From a virus (lineage: Duplodnaviria; Caudoviricetes): a DNA stretch of 64,000 bases. How positions within the stretch are numbered: the first letter of the stretch is position 1; each line of letters opens with the position of its first letter. This document shows positions 43,498 through 52,436 of the stretch, piece after piece. The notes beneath the pieces were generated by a model that searched no databases, was not told the origin of the DNA, and worked only from the letters and a program-made list of their open reading frames with translations. The stretch spans positions 1 through 64,000 of IMG/VR virus record IMGVR_UViG_2767802105_000001. One strand, written 5' to 3'. Position numbers and translations under genes: made by a program.

Positions 43498-44030
43498 GGA
43501 CTGTCGCCGAGGTCGACGCATTCACCGCCGCCGCTCACGCCGGGCAGGTGGACAAGATCGGCGTCCCGTACATCGAGCACGTCCGCGCCGTGGCCGCCGG
43601 GCTCGCCCCGTTCGGCGACGAGTTGGTGATGGCCGGGCTGCTGCACGACGTCATCGAGGACACGGACGTGACCGCCGCCCAGCTGCTTGCCATGGGGGTC
43701 CCATTGCGGGTGGTCGGCATCGTCAAGGACGTCACCAACCAGCCTGGCGTGCCCTACGAGGAGAAGATCCGCCGGATCATCCGCAGCTGTGACGCCACCC
43801 TCGTGAAGATCGCCGACAACGCGCACAACAGCCACCCCGACCGTGCCGCCCTACTCCCCGAAGAGAAGCGGACGCGGCTCGCCGCGAAGTACCGGGCCGC
43901 ACGTGACGTGCTGTGGGGCGCCGCCGATGACCGGGACATCGAAGCCATCGTCACGATCGTCAACCCGGCACTGCTCGACGAACTCCGAGAGCGGCAGACA
44001 GACCAGGCCCAGGAGGCGCAGGATGGATGA
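43494..44030 (+). CDS. HD-domain small alarmone hydrolase (Mesh1/SpoT-HD-like)
   Basis: AHAGQVDK.G.PYIEH, LLHDVIEDT, VKIADNAHN. Confidence 0.88.
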   Translation: MRTVAEVDAFTAAAHAGQVDKIGVPYIEHVRAVAAGLAPFGDELVMAGLLHDVIEDTDVTAAQLLAMGVPLRVVGIVKDVTNQPGVPYEEKIRRIIRSCDATLVKIADNAHNSHPDRAALLPEEKRTRLAAKYRAARDVLWGAADDRDIEAIVTIVNPALLDELRERQTDQAQEAQDG

Positions 44031-44427
44031 TCTGGTGCAGTGGCTGCGTGTGCAGCTCGACGAGGACGAGCGGACCGCTCGGGCGGCCACGGCTGGTCCG
44101 TGGGAGCAGAGCGGCATCGGCGAGTACGGGTGGGGCGTCAGCTTCAGCGCCCCGGGTGCGGGTGTGGAGGCCGCCGACAGCGACCAGGGTCGGGCGGACG
44201 CCGACCACATAGCCGCCTGGGATCCGGCGCGGGTGCTGCGCGAGATCGACGCCAAACGGCAGGTGATCGCTCTACATCGGGAGCTCGAAGACCCGCAGGA
44301 GATGCAGGACTACTGTGCGACCTGCGAGGTCACCGGGAAGTATCCGGAGTACCCGTGCAAGACGCTGCGCCTGCTCGCCCTGCCCTACGCGGACCGGCCC
44401 GGCTACCGCGACGAGTGGCGGCCGTGA
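44023..44427 (+). CDS. DUF6221-like protein
   Basis: LDEDE..ARAATAGPW, DPARVLREIDAKR, LRLLALPYADRPGYRDEWRP. Confidence 0.85.
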   Translation: MDDLVQWLRVQLDEDERTARAATAGPWEQSGIGEYGWGVSFSAPGAGVEAADSDQGRADADHIAAWDPARVLREIDAKRQVIALHRELEDPQEMQDYCATCEVTGKYPEYPCKTLRLLALPYADRPGYRDEWRP

Positions 44428-44555
44428 CAGCCATCTACCTGCCGGACTCGGGCACCCTCCCGCCGTGGGTGGGCATCGTGGTCGCCGTGGCGGTGGTGCC
44501 GCTGCTCGCCTACCGGGCGTACCGACTCTGGCGGGCGTGGCGGCGACACCGGTAG
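44424..44555 (+). CDS. Small single-TM protein
   Basis: GTGA overlap, hydrophobic helix with basic tail. Confidence 0.55.
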   Translation: MTAIYLPDSGTLPPWVGIVVAVAVVPLLAYRAYRLWRAWRRHR

Positions 44556-44560
44556 CCGCA

Positions 44561-44609
44561 CACGACGAAGGCCCCGCCCGGATCGCTCCGGCGCGGGGCC
44601 TTCGTCGTG
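44561..44609. terminator. Bidirectional hairpin terminator
   Basis: CACGACGAAGGCCCCGC...GCGGGGCCTTCGTCGTG. Confidence 0.85.
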
Positions 44610-44614
44610 TGCGG

Positions 44615-45109
44615 CTAGCCGAGGCTGCTGGCGAACTCGCCACCCTCGGCTTCCTCCGCGGTGAGCTGGATCGTTCCGCGGTGGGACACCTCCACCTTGT
44701 AGAACTTCTCCCCCTTCGGAACGTCGGGTACGGAGACGTCGAAGATGCAGGAGCCGTAGCCGGCCTTCTCGCTGTCGCCGAGATGTCCGGTGGCGATGAC
44801 GTCACCCTTGGCGCCGTAGACGGTGACGCTGGTGCCGTTGCTGATGTCGTCGTAGCCGCCGGTGCCCTCGCAGGTGTCCCCGACGACGAGGGCGTTCTCG
44901 GTGAGGGCGAAGGCCCCTTCAAGGGTGAAGGTGGCGGGCTTGCTGGGCCCGGTGTTGGCGGTGATCGCCCAGATGCCGCCGACGACTCCGGCACCGATGG
45001 CGAGACCGAGGAGTCCGGCAGCGATCGGGCTGATCTTCTTGGCGGGCGCCGTGGGCGGGGCGGCCGGCGGGGGCGGCGCATCGGGCATGGGCGGTGTGGG
45101 CTGGTTCAT
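44615..45109 (-). CDS. Membrane-anchored protein
   Basis: Pro-rich N-term, TM, CEGTGGYDDI...C.F..V..VP...FY.VEV.HRG. Confidence 0.8.
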   Translation of the reverse strand: MNQPTPPMPDAPPPPAAPPTAPAKKISPIAAGLLGLAIGAGVVGGIWAITANTGPSKPATFTLEGAFALTENALVVGDTCEGTGGYDDISNGTSVTVYGAKGDVIATGHLGDSEKAGYGSCIFDVSVPDVPKGEKFYKVEVSHRGTIQLTAEEAEGGEFASSLG

Positions 45110-45243
45110 GATTCCCCCCAGGGAGTTGGTGCCTGACTGCATGATCTTCATTGCGGAGATGACGTGTAGATGAAGTGGCTGTTCCGTGACCCGAATCGGC
45201 GGATCGACCGCCGCCGGGGTGCCGGGCGGGGCAGACTGCTGTC

Positions 45244-45441
45244 ATGGCGATCCGGGTGAGCGTCCAGGCGGCGACGGAGGACGAGTGCGTCGAGGGCCTC
45301 GCCCGCCTGGTCGATGCGGGCTTCCAGCCGGTGATGATGCCCAGGCTCATGACGGACGACCGCTGGATGGCTCGGGCCGTCCCCACACCCACAGCGAAGG
45401 CCCCGGCCGCGGACGGTCGGGGCCCTGCCGTGCCTGGCTGA
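45244..45441 (+). CDS. Hypothetical protein
   Basis: 65 aa ORF. Confidence 0.55.
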   Translation: MAIRVSVQAATEDECVEGLARLVDAGFQPVMMPRLMTDDRWMARAVPTPTAKAPAADGRGPAVPG

Positions 45442-45750
45442 TCAGCCGGCCATGTCCCGGTACTCGTCGGCCATGTCGCCGACACCCACCAGGCACAGAG
45501 CGGCACGCTCCAGCAGCACCTGCCGCCGCCGGGACGGCTCACTGCTGGCCTCCGCGATCAGCCGGGCCGCAGCCTTCAACTCCTGGTGGCCGACGATCCC
45601 GGCCACCTCCAGATACCCGGCCACCGCACCGAGCTGACCAATAAACGTGTCCGGGTCGGTGGCAGGGGTGGGCTCGTGGGCGAGGTAGGCGACAGCGACA
45701 GCGTGCTGCCGGATGAGACCGTCGACGGTGACCGTGGCGGCGGGCATCAA
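45442..45750 (-). CDS. Hypothetical protein
   Basis: Operon context, codon usage. Confidence 0.65.
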   Translation of the reverse strand: MMPAATVTVDGLIRQHAVAVAYLAHEPTPATDPDTFIGQLGAVAGYLEVAGIVGHQELKAAARLIAEASSEPSRRRQVLLERAALCLVGVGDMADEYRDMAG

Positions 45751-45971
45751 AGACCCCGCCGTGCGGCCTTCTTGAACCGCTTCGGGAGCTGCTGCTCGGC
45801 GTCGATGACGGCCTGGTTGAGACGCTGGTACTCGCGGGTTTCGTGGGTGATTCCGGCGGCGGCTTCACGGGCGGTGTTCTCGGCGAGCGCCGCCTTGGCC
45901 CGCTGATAGGCGGCGACGCGCAGGTTCTCGTCAGCGTACACGTCGAGCTCGTTGCGGCTGGGCTTGGACAT
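45747..45971 (-). CDS. Hypothetical protein
   Basis: AAGGAG SD, GITHET.EY.RLN. Confidence 0.75.
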   Translation of the reverse strand: MSKPSRNELDVYADENLRVAAYQRAKAALAENTAREAAAGITHETREYQRLNQAVIDAEQQLPKRFKKAARRGL

Positions 45972-45991
45972 GCAGGTCTCCTTGGTGGTGG

Positions 45992-46195
45992 CTAGCGGCG
46001 GGGGTACTTGTGGCCGCGGGGCGGATAGTTGCCTGCTGCTGCGGCAGCCTTGTCGGTGACGAGGCCTTCCAGGACGACGTCCTGGAAGGCCTCACTGAGG
46101 CTGCTGTCGGGCGCCCGGTCGAAAGCCTGGTCGGCGGCATCGAGGAGGGCGCGGGTCCGGCGGTCGTCGTCACGGGGCGTTTCACGGCGCGGCAT
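45992..46195 (-). CDS. Hypothetical protein
   Basis: AGGAG SD before ATG 46195. Confidence 0.65.
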   Translation of the reverse strand: MPRRETPRDDDRRTRALLDAADQAFDRAPDSSLSEAFQDVVLEGLVTDKAAAAAGNYPPRGHKYPRR

Positions 46196-46203
46196 GGTTT
46201 CTC

Positions 46204-46725
46204 CTACTGGTGGCTGGTGTGGGCGTGGCGGGTGGCGCGGTCGAACGCGGCGAGGACGGGCCCGACGCTGGCCTGCTGGGCGTTCCACGACGGGATCGTC
46301 TCGGCATCAGCGAACTGCTGCTGGATGGCGTCGAGGACGGCGACGCACGCGTCGTGGGCGAGGTCGCGGTCACCGCGGGCTTCGAGCCGGATCGCCTGGA
46401 TGGGGCAGACGGCGCCCGACTCGTCGAAGACGGCGTCCCGGCACCAGCCCGCGGTCTCGATCCGGGCGCGGGCGCGGTGCAGCAGGTCCGCGAGCGGCGT
46501 CCGGTTCGGGCTGGGCGTGGAGGCCGGCTTGAGCGGCGGCGGCACGATCTCCGCGATGTGCGGGACCGGGTCGGCGCCCGGCAGGTGCCTGGTGCGGGCG
46601 GCGAACTCGTCCGCAGCCCGGTCGAGCATCACGTTCATACCGGCCTCAGCCAGCGCCAGGCGGGCGTCCAGGTCGAGAACGGGCGGGGCGTGCGGGCTTG
46701 CGGGCGCACGGGTGGCCGTGAGCAT
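46204..46725 (-). CDS. DUF6197-like protein
   Basis: GWCR......G.VC...AI...IPSWN.....V. Confidence 0.7.
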   Translation of the reverse strand: MLTATRAPASPHAPPVLDLDARLALAEAGMNVMLDRAADEFAARTRHLPGADPVPHIAEIVPPPLKPASTPSPNRTPLADLLHRARARIETAGWCRDAVFDESGAVCPIQAIRLEARGDRDLAHDACVAVLDAIQQQFADAETIPSWNAQQASVGPVLAAFDRATRHAHTSHQ

Positions 46726-46815
46726 GATGGGGTTCTCCTCGTCGATCTTCGGGTGGGCGTGGGGACCGGGGCGCCCCTGTGGCTGCCAGGCTGTGAAGGG
46801 GCGCCCCGGGCGGAG

Positions 46816-46977
46816 CTACTTGCCGCCGTGGGCGGTGTTGGCCATGACGCGGCTCATGGCGACGAGGTCTGCGTCGTCGCCGTTGAGGATCTCTGCAGTG
46901 ATCGTGTTGATCTCGTCGTCGTCGCCGCGCTTCCACGCATTGGCGAAGCGACGAACAGGCTCGGACTGGGCTGACAT
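46816..46977 (-). CDS. Small hypothetical protein
   Basis: AAGGAG SD, MSAQSEPVRRFANAWKRGD... Confidence 0.65.
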   Translation of the reverse strand: MSAQSEPVRRFANAWKRGDDDEINTITAEILNGDDADLVAMSRVMANTAHGGK

Positions 46978-47000
46978 GGGATCTCCTTCGGTTGGGGTGG

Positions 47001-47414
47001 TCAGACGCGCCAGATGCCGGGGCGTCGCCGGGTCTTCGGGTTCGACGCCTGCCGGGCCTGCTTCTCCAGGCCACGCAGCTCCGCCTCGTCGAGCACGCCC
47101 TCGTAGTCGCCGTTACCGAGCGGGCCGGCGACCTGAGGGGCCGGGTCGCCGAGGAAGCGGACACCGCGGGGCGGCTCGGTGTAGACCGTGCCGCAGCTGC
47201 TCAGCAGGCTGGTCGGCGAGTAGTGGCCGGTGGTCCAGTTGGCACTCCCCCAGGAACGGCCTGTGAAGGTGTGCTTGTTGTAGACGCGTTCGCTGCCGAG
47301 GCCCCAGTCGCGGCCTTCGGCGACCGTGTACACGGTGGTGCCCTTGCCGCGCCGGTCCAGGTAGCGGGTGAGGTCCCGGGCGCCCTTCTTCGTGGGCTCG
47401 AACTTCTCAGACAT
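47001..47414 (-). CDS. Hypothetical protein
   Basis: AAGGAG SD, 137 aa. Confidence 0.75.
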   Translation of the reverse strand: MSEKFEPTKKGARDLTRYLDRRGKGTTVYTVAEGRDWGLGSERVYNKHTFTGRSWGSANWTTGHYSPTSLLSSCGTVYTEPPRGVRFLGDPAPQVAGPLGNGDYEGVLDEAELRGLEKQARQASNPKTRRRPGIWRV

Positions 47415-47482
47415 GCGGTGATCTCCTTGTTAGATCTTGGGGTTGATTTGCGTGTTATGGGCGGTCTGTCAGGTGGTCGGCG

Positions 47483-47629
47483 CCCGGTCTGCCTACTGTT
47501 TGCGGCGGTTTGTCACCCGGTCGAGGTCGCGGGCACCCGGTCGGCCGACCAGGTCGAACCTGGTGGCGACCGGGCCGTATACCGGGGCATAACGTGTCGA
47601 GACCACCCCGCGACCGGGCCTCGACCGGG
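47483..47629. repeat. clt-like locus: clustered CGACCGGG octamers downstream of traB
   Basis: CCCGGTC(G) at 47483, 47516, 47536; CGACCGGG at 47567, 47611, 47622. Confidence 0.65.
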
Positions 47630-47638
47630 CGGTTTGCC

Positions 47639-49696
47639 CTACTTGTCGAGCGCCTCTGTGAGCTGCTCGAGGGTGTAGCCGTTCGGGTTGGTCATCCCAT
47701 CGATCGGGCCGAGCTTGCGGGTCCCGCCGGCCTCTGCCTCACGAAGGCGGGTCTGCAGGGCTGACTCGGTCAGCCCCTCGTAAGCGACCGGCCTGCGCGC
47801 CAGCAGCAGCTCCAGAAGCCGCACCGTCCGGGCTCGATCCACCCCGGCCTCCCTGAGGGCCGCGATGCAGTCGGCCAGCAGCACCTTGTTCGAAGGGGCC
47901 GCTTGCTCCGCCGTGCCGTACTCGGCCGCGAAACCGGTGAGAGTGCCGGCCTCCTTGCGGAGCTGGCGGCCACGCATGCAGATCTCGCGGAACTCGGGGA
48001 TCGTCATGAAGTCGGTCTTCAGCGTGACGTGTCCTTCTTCGCCACCCTGGTCGAGGACGACGACGCCCTTCTGGGCGTCAAGCAGCATGTGAGGCGCTGC
48101 GCCGGCGGCGACTGCGTCGTCACCGAGGACCATGCGGGAGCTGCTCGCACCCTTGACACGGAAGCAGGCGCGCTTGCGGCACACCTCGCGCAGCAGCGTC
48201 GGCACGCTAGTGGCGTCCGGGCGCTGGGTGATGAACAGGCCCATGCCGCCCACGTACCGGGAGACGCGCACGAACCGGGCCATCGTCTCGACCAGGACTT
48301 CCTTGCCGTTGCGTCCGCGGTCCTTGCTCTCCGGGTCGTCGTCCGTCTTGATCTTCATCATGGCGGCGGCGTCCAGGAGTTCCTGCAGCTCGTCGACGAT
48401 CAGCAGGGTCAGGCCGCGCTTCCACTCCTTGGCCAGCTCAGGGGTGAGCTTGCCCTCGGGGCAGCGCTCCGGGTTCTCCTCGGACAGCTGCTCCAAGCGC
48501 TCACCGATCTGCTGCATGTCGGCGATCAGTCCGTTCAGCAGGTCGAGGAAGGCGAGGATCTTGCCGGGGGTGTTCCCGGCGACGTAGGAGTGAGCGAACT
48601 GCTTGGTGCCGACCCAGTCGGGCCCGGCCTTGCCTGTGGCGACGTGGACGGTCATGTGAGGGTCGAGGGCCGCGGCGGCAGCTACGAGACGGGCCAGGAA
48701 GCTCTTGCCGTAGTCGGGCAGGCCTCCCAGCAGGATGGAGCACCACACCAGTTCCAGGGCGTGCCGGGCTCCGCGGGCGTCGATGCCCAACGGCACCCCG
48801 TACTGCCAGAAGTCCAGACGGTCCGCTGTCAGCAGCGGAGACGGGACCTTCTTGTCACCGTAGGGGTTGGCTTCGCTCGCCACCCACAGCACGACCTGCC
48901 CCTCATGGCCGTCCTCGGATGTGTCGGCACGCATCTCGATCTGGGACTTCTTCACCCGCATCGACGAGGCGAGCTCTTCAGCGCGCGAGGTCGCGGCGGA
49001 CGCCTTCATGCCGCGGGGCAGCTCGATTGTGGCTGTCCAGCCGGGGCCAGCCGGCTGGATGATGCCGACGACGTGCGTCTCGTCGCGCTGAGCTTCGGTG
49101 ATGACCCCAGCCTTGACCAGGGCGGTGACGAGGTCGGATTCCCCGCGGATCTGGGCTGCGTCCCGCGGGGCGGCCGGGTTTTGCGGCAAGTCGGTGTCGG
49201 GCTGCTTGCGGTCGCGGCCGTGGAAGGCGCCGATACCCCACGCGCCGAGCCCGGCGAGGAGGTCGAGCCACAGGCTGCCGGTGGCTGCGCCGAAGGTGAC
49301 GCCACCGGCAACGGCACCGGCCACGCCCGCGGTCTTGCCGGTGTAGTTGAGGCGGTGCCGCTTGTACTCGGCGCGGAGTTCGGCCCTCCGCTCCTTGAGT
49401 CGGGCTTCCTGCATGACGTCGCCGTCGGCTTCGCGGATGGCCCGGTTGGTGGAGGCGATCATCTGCGGGTAGTCGTCGTGGAACCGGTCGATCCAGCGGC
49501 GGCCGAGCTGCCGGTAGCCGCGGACGGTGTGCGGCAGCAGGACAACCCGGGCGACCTTGTTGGTGGTGTCGGCGACGGCGCGGGCGGACTCGGTCCACTT
49601 CTTGCGGTCGGCCGGCGCGTCTTTGAAGACGGGTGTCTCGGCGGGCGGCGGAACGAGGGCGAGTGTGGGCCGCTCGTCGTACAGCGGGGTGGCCAT
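47639..49696 (-). CDS. traB: TraB-type FtsK/SpoIIIE DNA translocase
   Basis: N-terminal TMs, GGLPDYGKS Walker A, LIVDELQE, ITQRP, MVLG...AAGAAPH, C-terminal wHTH ending NGY. Confidence 0.88.
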   Translation of the reverse strand: MATPLYDERPTLALVPPPAETPVFKDAPADRKKWTESARAVADTTNKVARVVLLPHTVRGYRQLGRRWIDRFHDDYPQMIASTNRAIREADGDVMQEARLKERRAELRAEYKRHRLNYTGKTAGVAGAVAGGVTFGAATGSLWLDLLAGLGAWGIGAFHGRDRKQPDTDLPQNPAAPRDAAQIRGESDLVTALVKAGVITEAQRDETHVVGIIQPAGPGWTATIELPRGMKASAATSRAEELASSMRVKKSQIEMRADTSEDGHEGQVVLWVASEANPYGDKKVPSPLLTADRLDFWQYGVPLGIDARGARHALELVWCSILLGGLPDYGKSFLARLVAAAAALDPHMTVHVATGKAGPDWVGTKQFAHSYVAGNTPGKILAFLDLLNGLIADMQQIGERLEQLSEENPERCPEGKLTPELAKEWKRGLTLLIVDELQELLDAAAMMKIKTDDDPESKDRGRNGKEVLVETMARFVRVSRYVGGMGLFITQRPDATSVPTLLREVCRKRACFRVKGASSSRMVLGDDAVAAGAAPHMLLDAQKGVVVLDQGGEEGHVTLKTDFMTIPEFREICMRGRQLRKEAGTLTGFAAEYGTAEQAAPSNKVLLADCIAALREAGVDRARTVRLLELLLARRPVAYEGLTESALQTRLREAEAGGTRKLGPIDGMTNPNGYTLEQLTEALDK

Positions 49697-49704
49697 GATG
49701 CTCC

Positions 49705-50817
49705 TCAGTGGTGGTGGCCGTTGGCGGCGGGGATTCGGCGGGGGGTGCCGCCTCGCTCGAGGGCTGCTTCGGTCTTGGCGATGGGGTGGAACGGGACCGC
49801 GTCGCCCTTGCTCCGGCGGTGCAGCGGAGGGGTCTTGCGGCCACCCTTCTGTGCCGCCTTCTGGGGCCTCTCAGGGGTGGGGGGTAGATCGGACGCGACC
49901 TGCGAAGATCCAGGCCGGTAGATGAGCGGTGAGGGGGATGGGTGGAGGCGTTCCAGGAGACGTCCGCGAGTACTCACCGGGGAGCCGTTCGCCTCGTCCA
50001 TGGCGGTCGTCAGAGACTGCCTCGACGCGAGCTGCTGGGCGTGCAGTGCGGGCGTCATTCCGGGCGTCGCGGTGCCGTAGAAGATCTCCCACGCGGCGGC
50101 GAACGCGGCCTCGAACTTGAGGGTCCCGAACGGTGCTGCCGACACGAGACGCTCGGCCAGGCGGACGACGTCCTTGTGGTCCTTCCAGCGCTTCCTCTCG
50201 TGCTTCGCGCGGGCCTTGTCGTCGCTGCGCCGCTTCCGCTCCGCCGCGTCGACCGTCAGCGTCGTCACCCACTGCCTCACTTCGAAGAACAGCGGGCCGA
50301 GGAGGGTGACGGCGGCAAGCCCCCAGCCGACTGCCGGGGCCGTGTGCCGCCCGTAGTCGTAGTTGATCCACGCGGCGAACCCCGCAGCGGTCAGGGCCAG
50401 CCCGCGGAGCAGCCACCGCACCCAGGCGGGGAGCTTCCGTTCGTCGGCGTAGGCGACGCCGGCGTTCATCACCCAGGCCGCGCCTTCCAGGGCGAACGGC
50501 AGGGGCAGCAGCATCACGGAGATCGTGACGAAGTGCATGACCTGCGCGGGCAGGGATGCGAGCGCGGAAGCGGCGACCAGGGCGAGGGTTCCCTTGCGGT
50601 ACACGTTGCCCGGGGTGAGGGTCTTCTCCCGGCGGGCGGCGCGGGCCTGACGGCGACTCGCCTTGTCCCGGCGACGCTGCGCTTCCTCTTCGCGGCGCTC
50701 CTTCTTCGCCTCGCGGGCTTCCTCACGGCGCAGCTTGGACTCGAACTCGCGGTCCTCGCGCCGCTGCTGCGCGTCGGCCGCCTTGTCGGCGCGGCGCTCC
50801 TCGAACCAGCTGCTCAC
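49705..50817 (-). CDS. Multi-TM coiled-coil protein, Spd/DUF2637-like transfer accessory
   Basis: Charged coil, about 4 TMs, adjacent to traB. Confidence 0.7.
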   Translation of the reverse strand: MSSWFEERRADKAADAQQRREDREFESKLRREEAREAKKERREEEAQRRRDKASRRQARAARREKTLTPGNVYRKGTLALVAASALASLPAQVMHFVTISVMLLPLPFALEGAAWVMNAGVAYADERKLPAWVRWLLRGLALTAAGFAAWINYDYGRHTAPAVGWGLAAVTLLGPLFFEVRQWVTTLTVDAAERKRRSDDKARAKHERKRWKDHKDVVRLAERLVSAAPFGTLKFEAAFAAAWEIFYGTATPGMTPALHAQQLASRQSLTTAMDEANGSPVSTRGRLLERLHPSPSPLIYRPGSSQVASDLPPTPERPQKAAQKGGRKTPPLHRRSKGDAVPFHPIAKTEAALERGGTPRRIPAANGHHH

Positions 50818-50839
50818 GGTGATCGATTCCTTCCGGGTG

Positions 50840-51040
50840 TCAGAGGGTGGCGTGCGTGCGGGCCGGACAGTGGCGGAGCCAGGTGATGACGGCGGCCAGC
50901 AGCCACGCCGAGGTGGGGACGGCGCCGAGGATCGCGCCGAACCCGGCGAACGTGGCCGTGACCGGGGCGATGGCGGCGGGCCACAGGCCGACGGTCAGCA
51001 GGTACAGGGCGAGCAGCACCCAGGCGATGATGCGGAGCAT
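50840..51040 (-). CDS. Small hydrophobic spread-like protein
   Basis: Hydrophobic 66 aa ORF in transfer cluster. Confidence 0.65.
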   Translation of the reverse strand: MLRIIAWVLLALYLLTVGLWPAAIAPVTATFAGFGAILGAVPTSAWLLAAVITWLRHCPARTHATL

Positions 51041-51085
51041 GGCGACCTCTCTCGGGGGTCGGTGCGGACGGTGGGGGTTCGGTTG

Positions 51086-51137
51086 GCGCCCTGGCCTGCT
51101 TTGAGGCGGTAGACCCGTGATCGGTCGGCCGGGGCTG
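51086..51137. ncRNA. Structured motif, copy B (unassigned)
   Basis: Three-stem fold with loop CGTGATC; similar to copy at 51754. Confidence 0.5.
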
Positions 51138-51142
51138 GCGGA

Positions 51143-51520
51143 TCAGCGGTCGACGACCGGCCTTTCCAGGTCGCGGTGTACGACGGAGGCGGTGACGTTC
51201 TCGTCGGCGAGGGCCGTCCGGATCGCCTCGGCCACTACCGCGGCCCGGTGTCGGCCGCCAGCACAGCCGACCGCCACGTTCACGGCCCGGCCGCCCGGCC
51301 CGTTGAGGTAGGCCACGACCGCATCAGAGATCGCCTCCACCAGCGCAGGGATGCCGGGCGTACCGAGGACCGCCTGGCGGACCTCGCTGTCGTGGGCGGT
51401 CATGTGGCGCAGCACCGGGGAGACATGCGGGTCCCGGAAGTGGCGGCGCAGGTCGAGGGTCAGGTGCGCGGCGGGCGGGGCGCCGTGCAGGTAGCCGAAG
51501 CTGGTGATCGTGGCGGTCAT
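51143..51520 (-). CDS. RapZ C-terminal-domain-only protein
   Basis: ITSFGYLHG, DLR..FRDP, VAVGCAGGRHR, VVHRDL. Confidence 0.88.
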   Translation of the reverse strand: MTATITSFGYLHGAPPAAHLTLDLRRHFRDPHVSPVLRHMTAHDSEVRQAVLGTPGIPALVEAISDAVVAYLNGPGGRAVNVAVGCAGGRHRAAVVAEAIRTALADENVTASVVHRDLERPVVDR

Positions 51521-51714
51521 CGGCGGCCGGCCTTCCAGCCAGAGCCCTGCGTCCAGCCGCGGCGCCGGGCCTCGGTGATCATGCCGTTCAGGTCCTCGTG
51601 GAGGGCGGCCTCCCGCTTGTGGTCACCGGAGTCCGCGGCTTCCTTCGCGGCGGTGGCGGCGAGGTCCATGCTCTGCTGGAGGTCGGCGTCGCTCGCCTTG
51701 GTGTACCAGGCCAT
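51517..51714 (-). CDS. Hypothetical protein
   Basis: GAGGAG SD, ATGA overlap with RapZ-CTD gene. Confidence 0.75.
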   Translation of the reverse strand: MAWYTKASDADLQQSMDLAATAAKEAADSGDHKREAALHEDLNGMITEARRRGWTQGSGWKAGRR

Positions 51715-51753
51715 CAGGGTTCTCCTCTTGATCGATTGGTTGACGGGGGTGCA

Positions 51754-51806
51754 GCGCCCCGGTCTGCGTTTGCGGCATAGGCCCGTGATCGGCCAAGCCG
51801 GGGCTG
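51754..51806. ncRNA. Structured motif, copy A (unassigned)
   Basis: Three-stem fold with loop CGTGATC; covaries with copy B. Confidence 0.5.
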
Positions 51807-51852
51807 GGGTGCCGGGACGCGGTGGGGGTTCCGCGCCCCGGCGGTGGGCGGG

Positions 51853-52092
51853 TCAGGCGGCGGCGGGGTAGTCGAAGCCGTCGAGCTCGGCGACCAGGTC
51901 GGCGTCCATCCCGGCCGCGTAGTCGCGCACGGCGGCCATGCGGGCCGGGTCACCGGAGCGGCGGGCGTCGGCGTACTCGGCGAACAGGTCGGCGATCGAC
52001 AGGGTCAGCGCGTCGGCGACGGTCGTGATCGTGCGGGCCTTCAGGCCGATCTCGGTGCGGCCCAGGTCGGCGGAGAACAGGTACGGAGACAT
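51853..52092 (-). CDS. Hypothetical protein
   Basis: MSPYLFSAD..., GAAAGG SD. Confidence 0.7.
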   Translation of the reverse strand: MSPYLFSADLGRTEIGLKARTITTVADALTLSIADLFAEYADARRSGDPARMAAVRDYAAGMDADLVAELDGFDYPAAA

Positions 52093-52271
52093 GGCGGTGC
52101 CCTTTCGGGTGCAAGAAGTGGATGGGGATGGGGTGGGGTGGAGGGCCGCGGCCGGCGGGACGGGGGGTTGACACCGCCGGCCGCGGCGGCATGGGGCGGG
52201 CAGTCAGCCCTGGGGGTGGGGGCGCGGCGGCCGAGTCGGCAAGGGCTCCTTCGCCCGCTCGTGCTCGGCCA

Positions 52272-52436
52272 TCACGCGGCCTGGTGCAGGTGGCGGCAGC
52301 GGTCCCGCCAGTCCAGGTGGACCGGGCACGTCACCCGCTGCTCGGCCGGGACCTCCCGGGCCGTCTCCTGGTACAGGCGCCGCAGCAGATCGTCGGAAGC
52401 GTCCGCGCGGATCGCGGCAACCGTCGAGTTCGCCAT
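52272..52436 (-). CDS. Small protein with CPVH..W...C..H motif
   Basis: TGATG overlap with upstream gene. Confidence 0.6.
   Translation of the reverse strand: MANSTVAAIRADASDDLLRRLYQETAREVPAEQRVTCPVHLDWRDRCRHLHQAA

Noticed and set aside
47038-47052. T-loop-like GGGTTCGACGCC
   Set aside because: Inside a CDS on the opposite strand with no surrounding tRNA arms
51086-51806. Purine riboswitch or known ribozyme identity for the duplicated motif
   Set aside because: Only superficial resemblance; stems too short and catalytic/ligand cores not recognisable, so left unassigned
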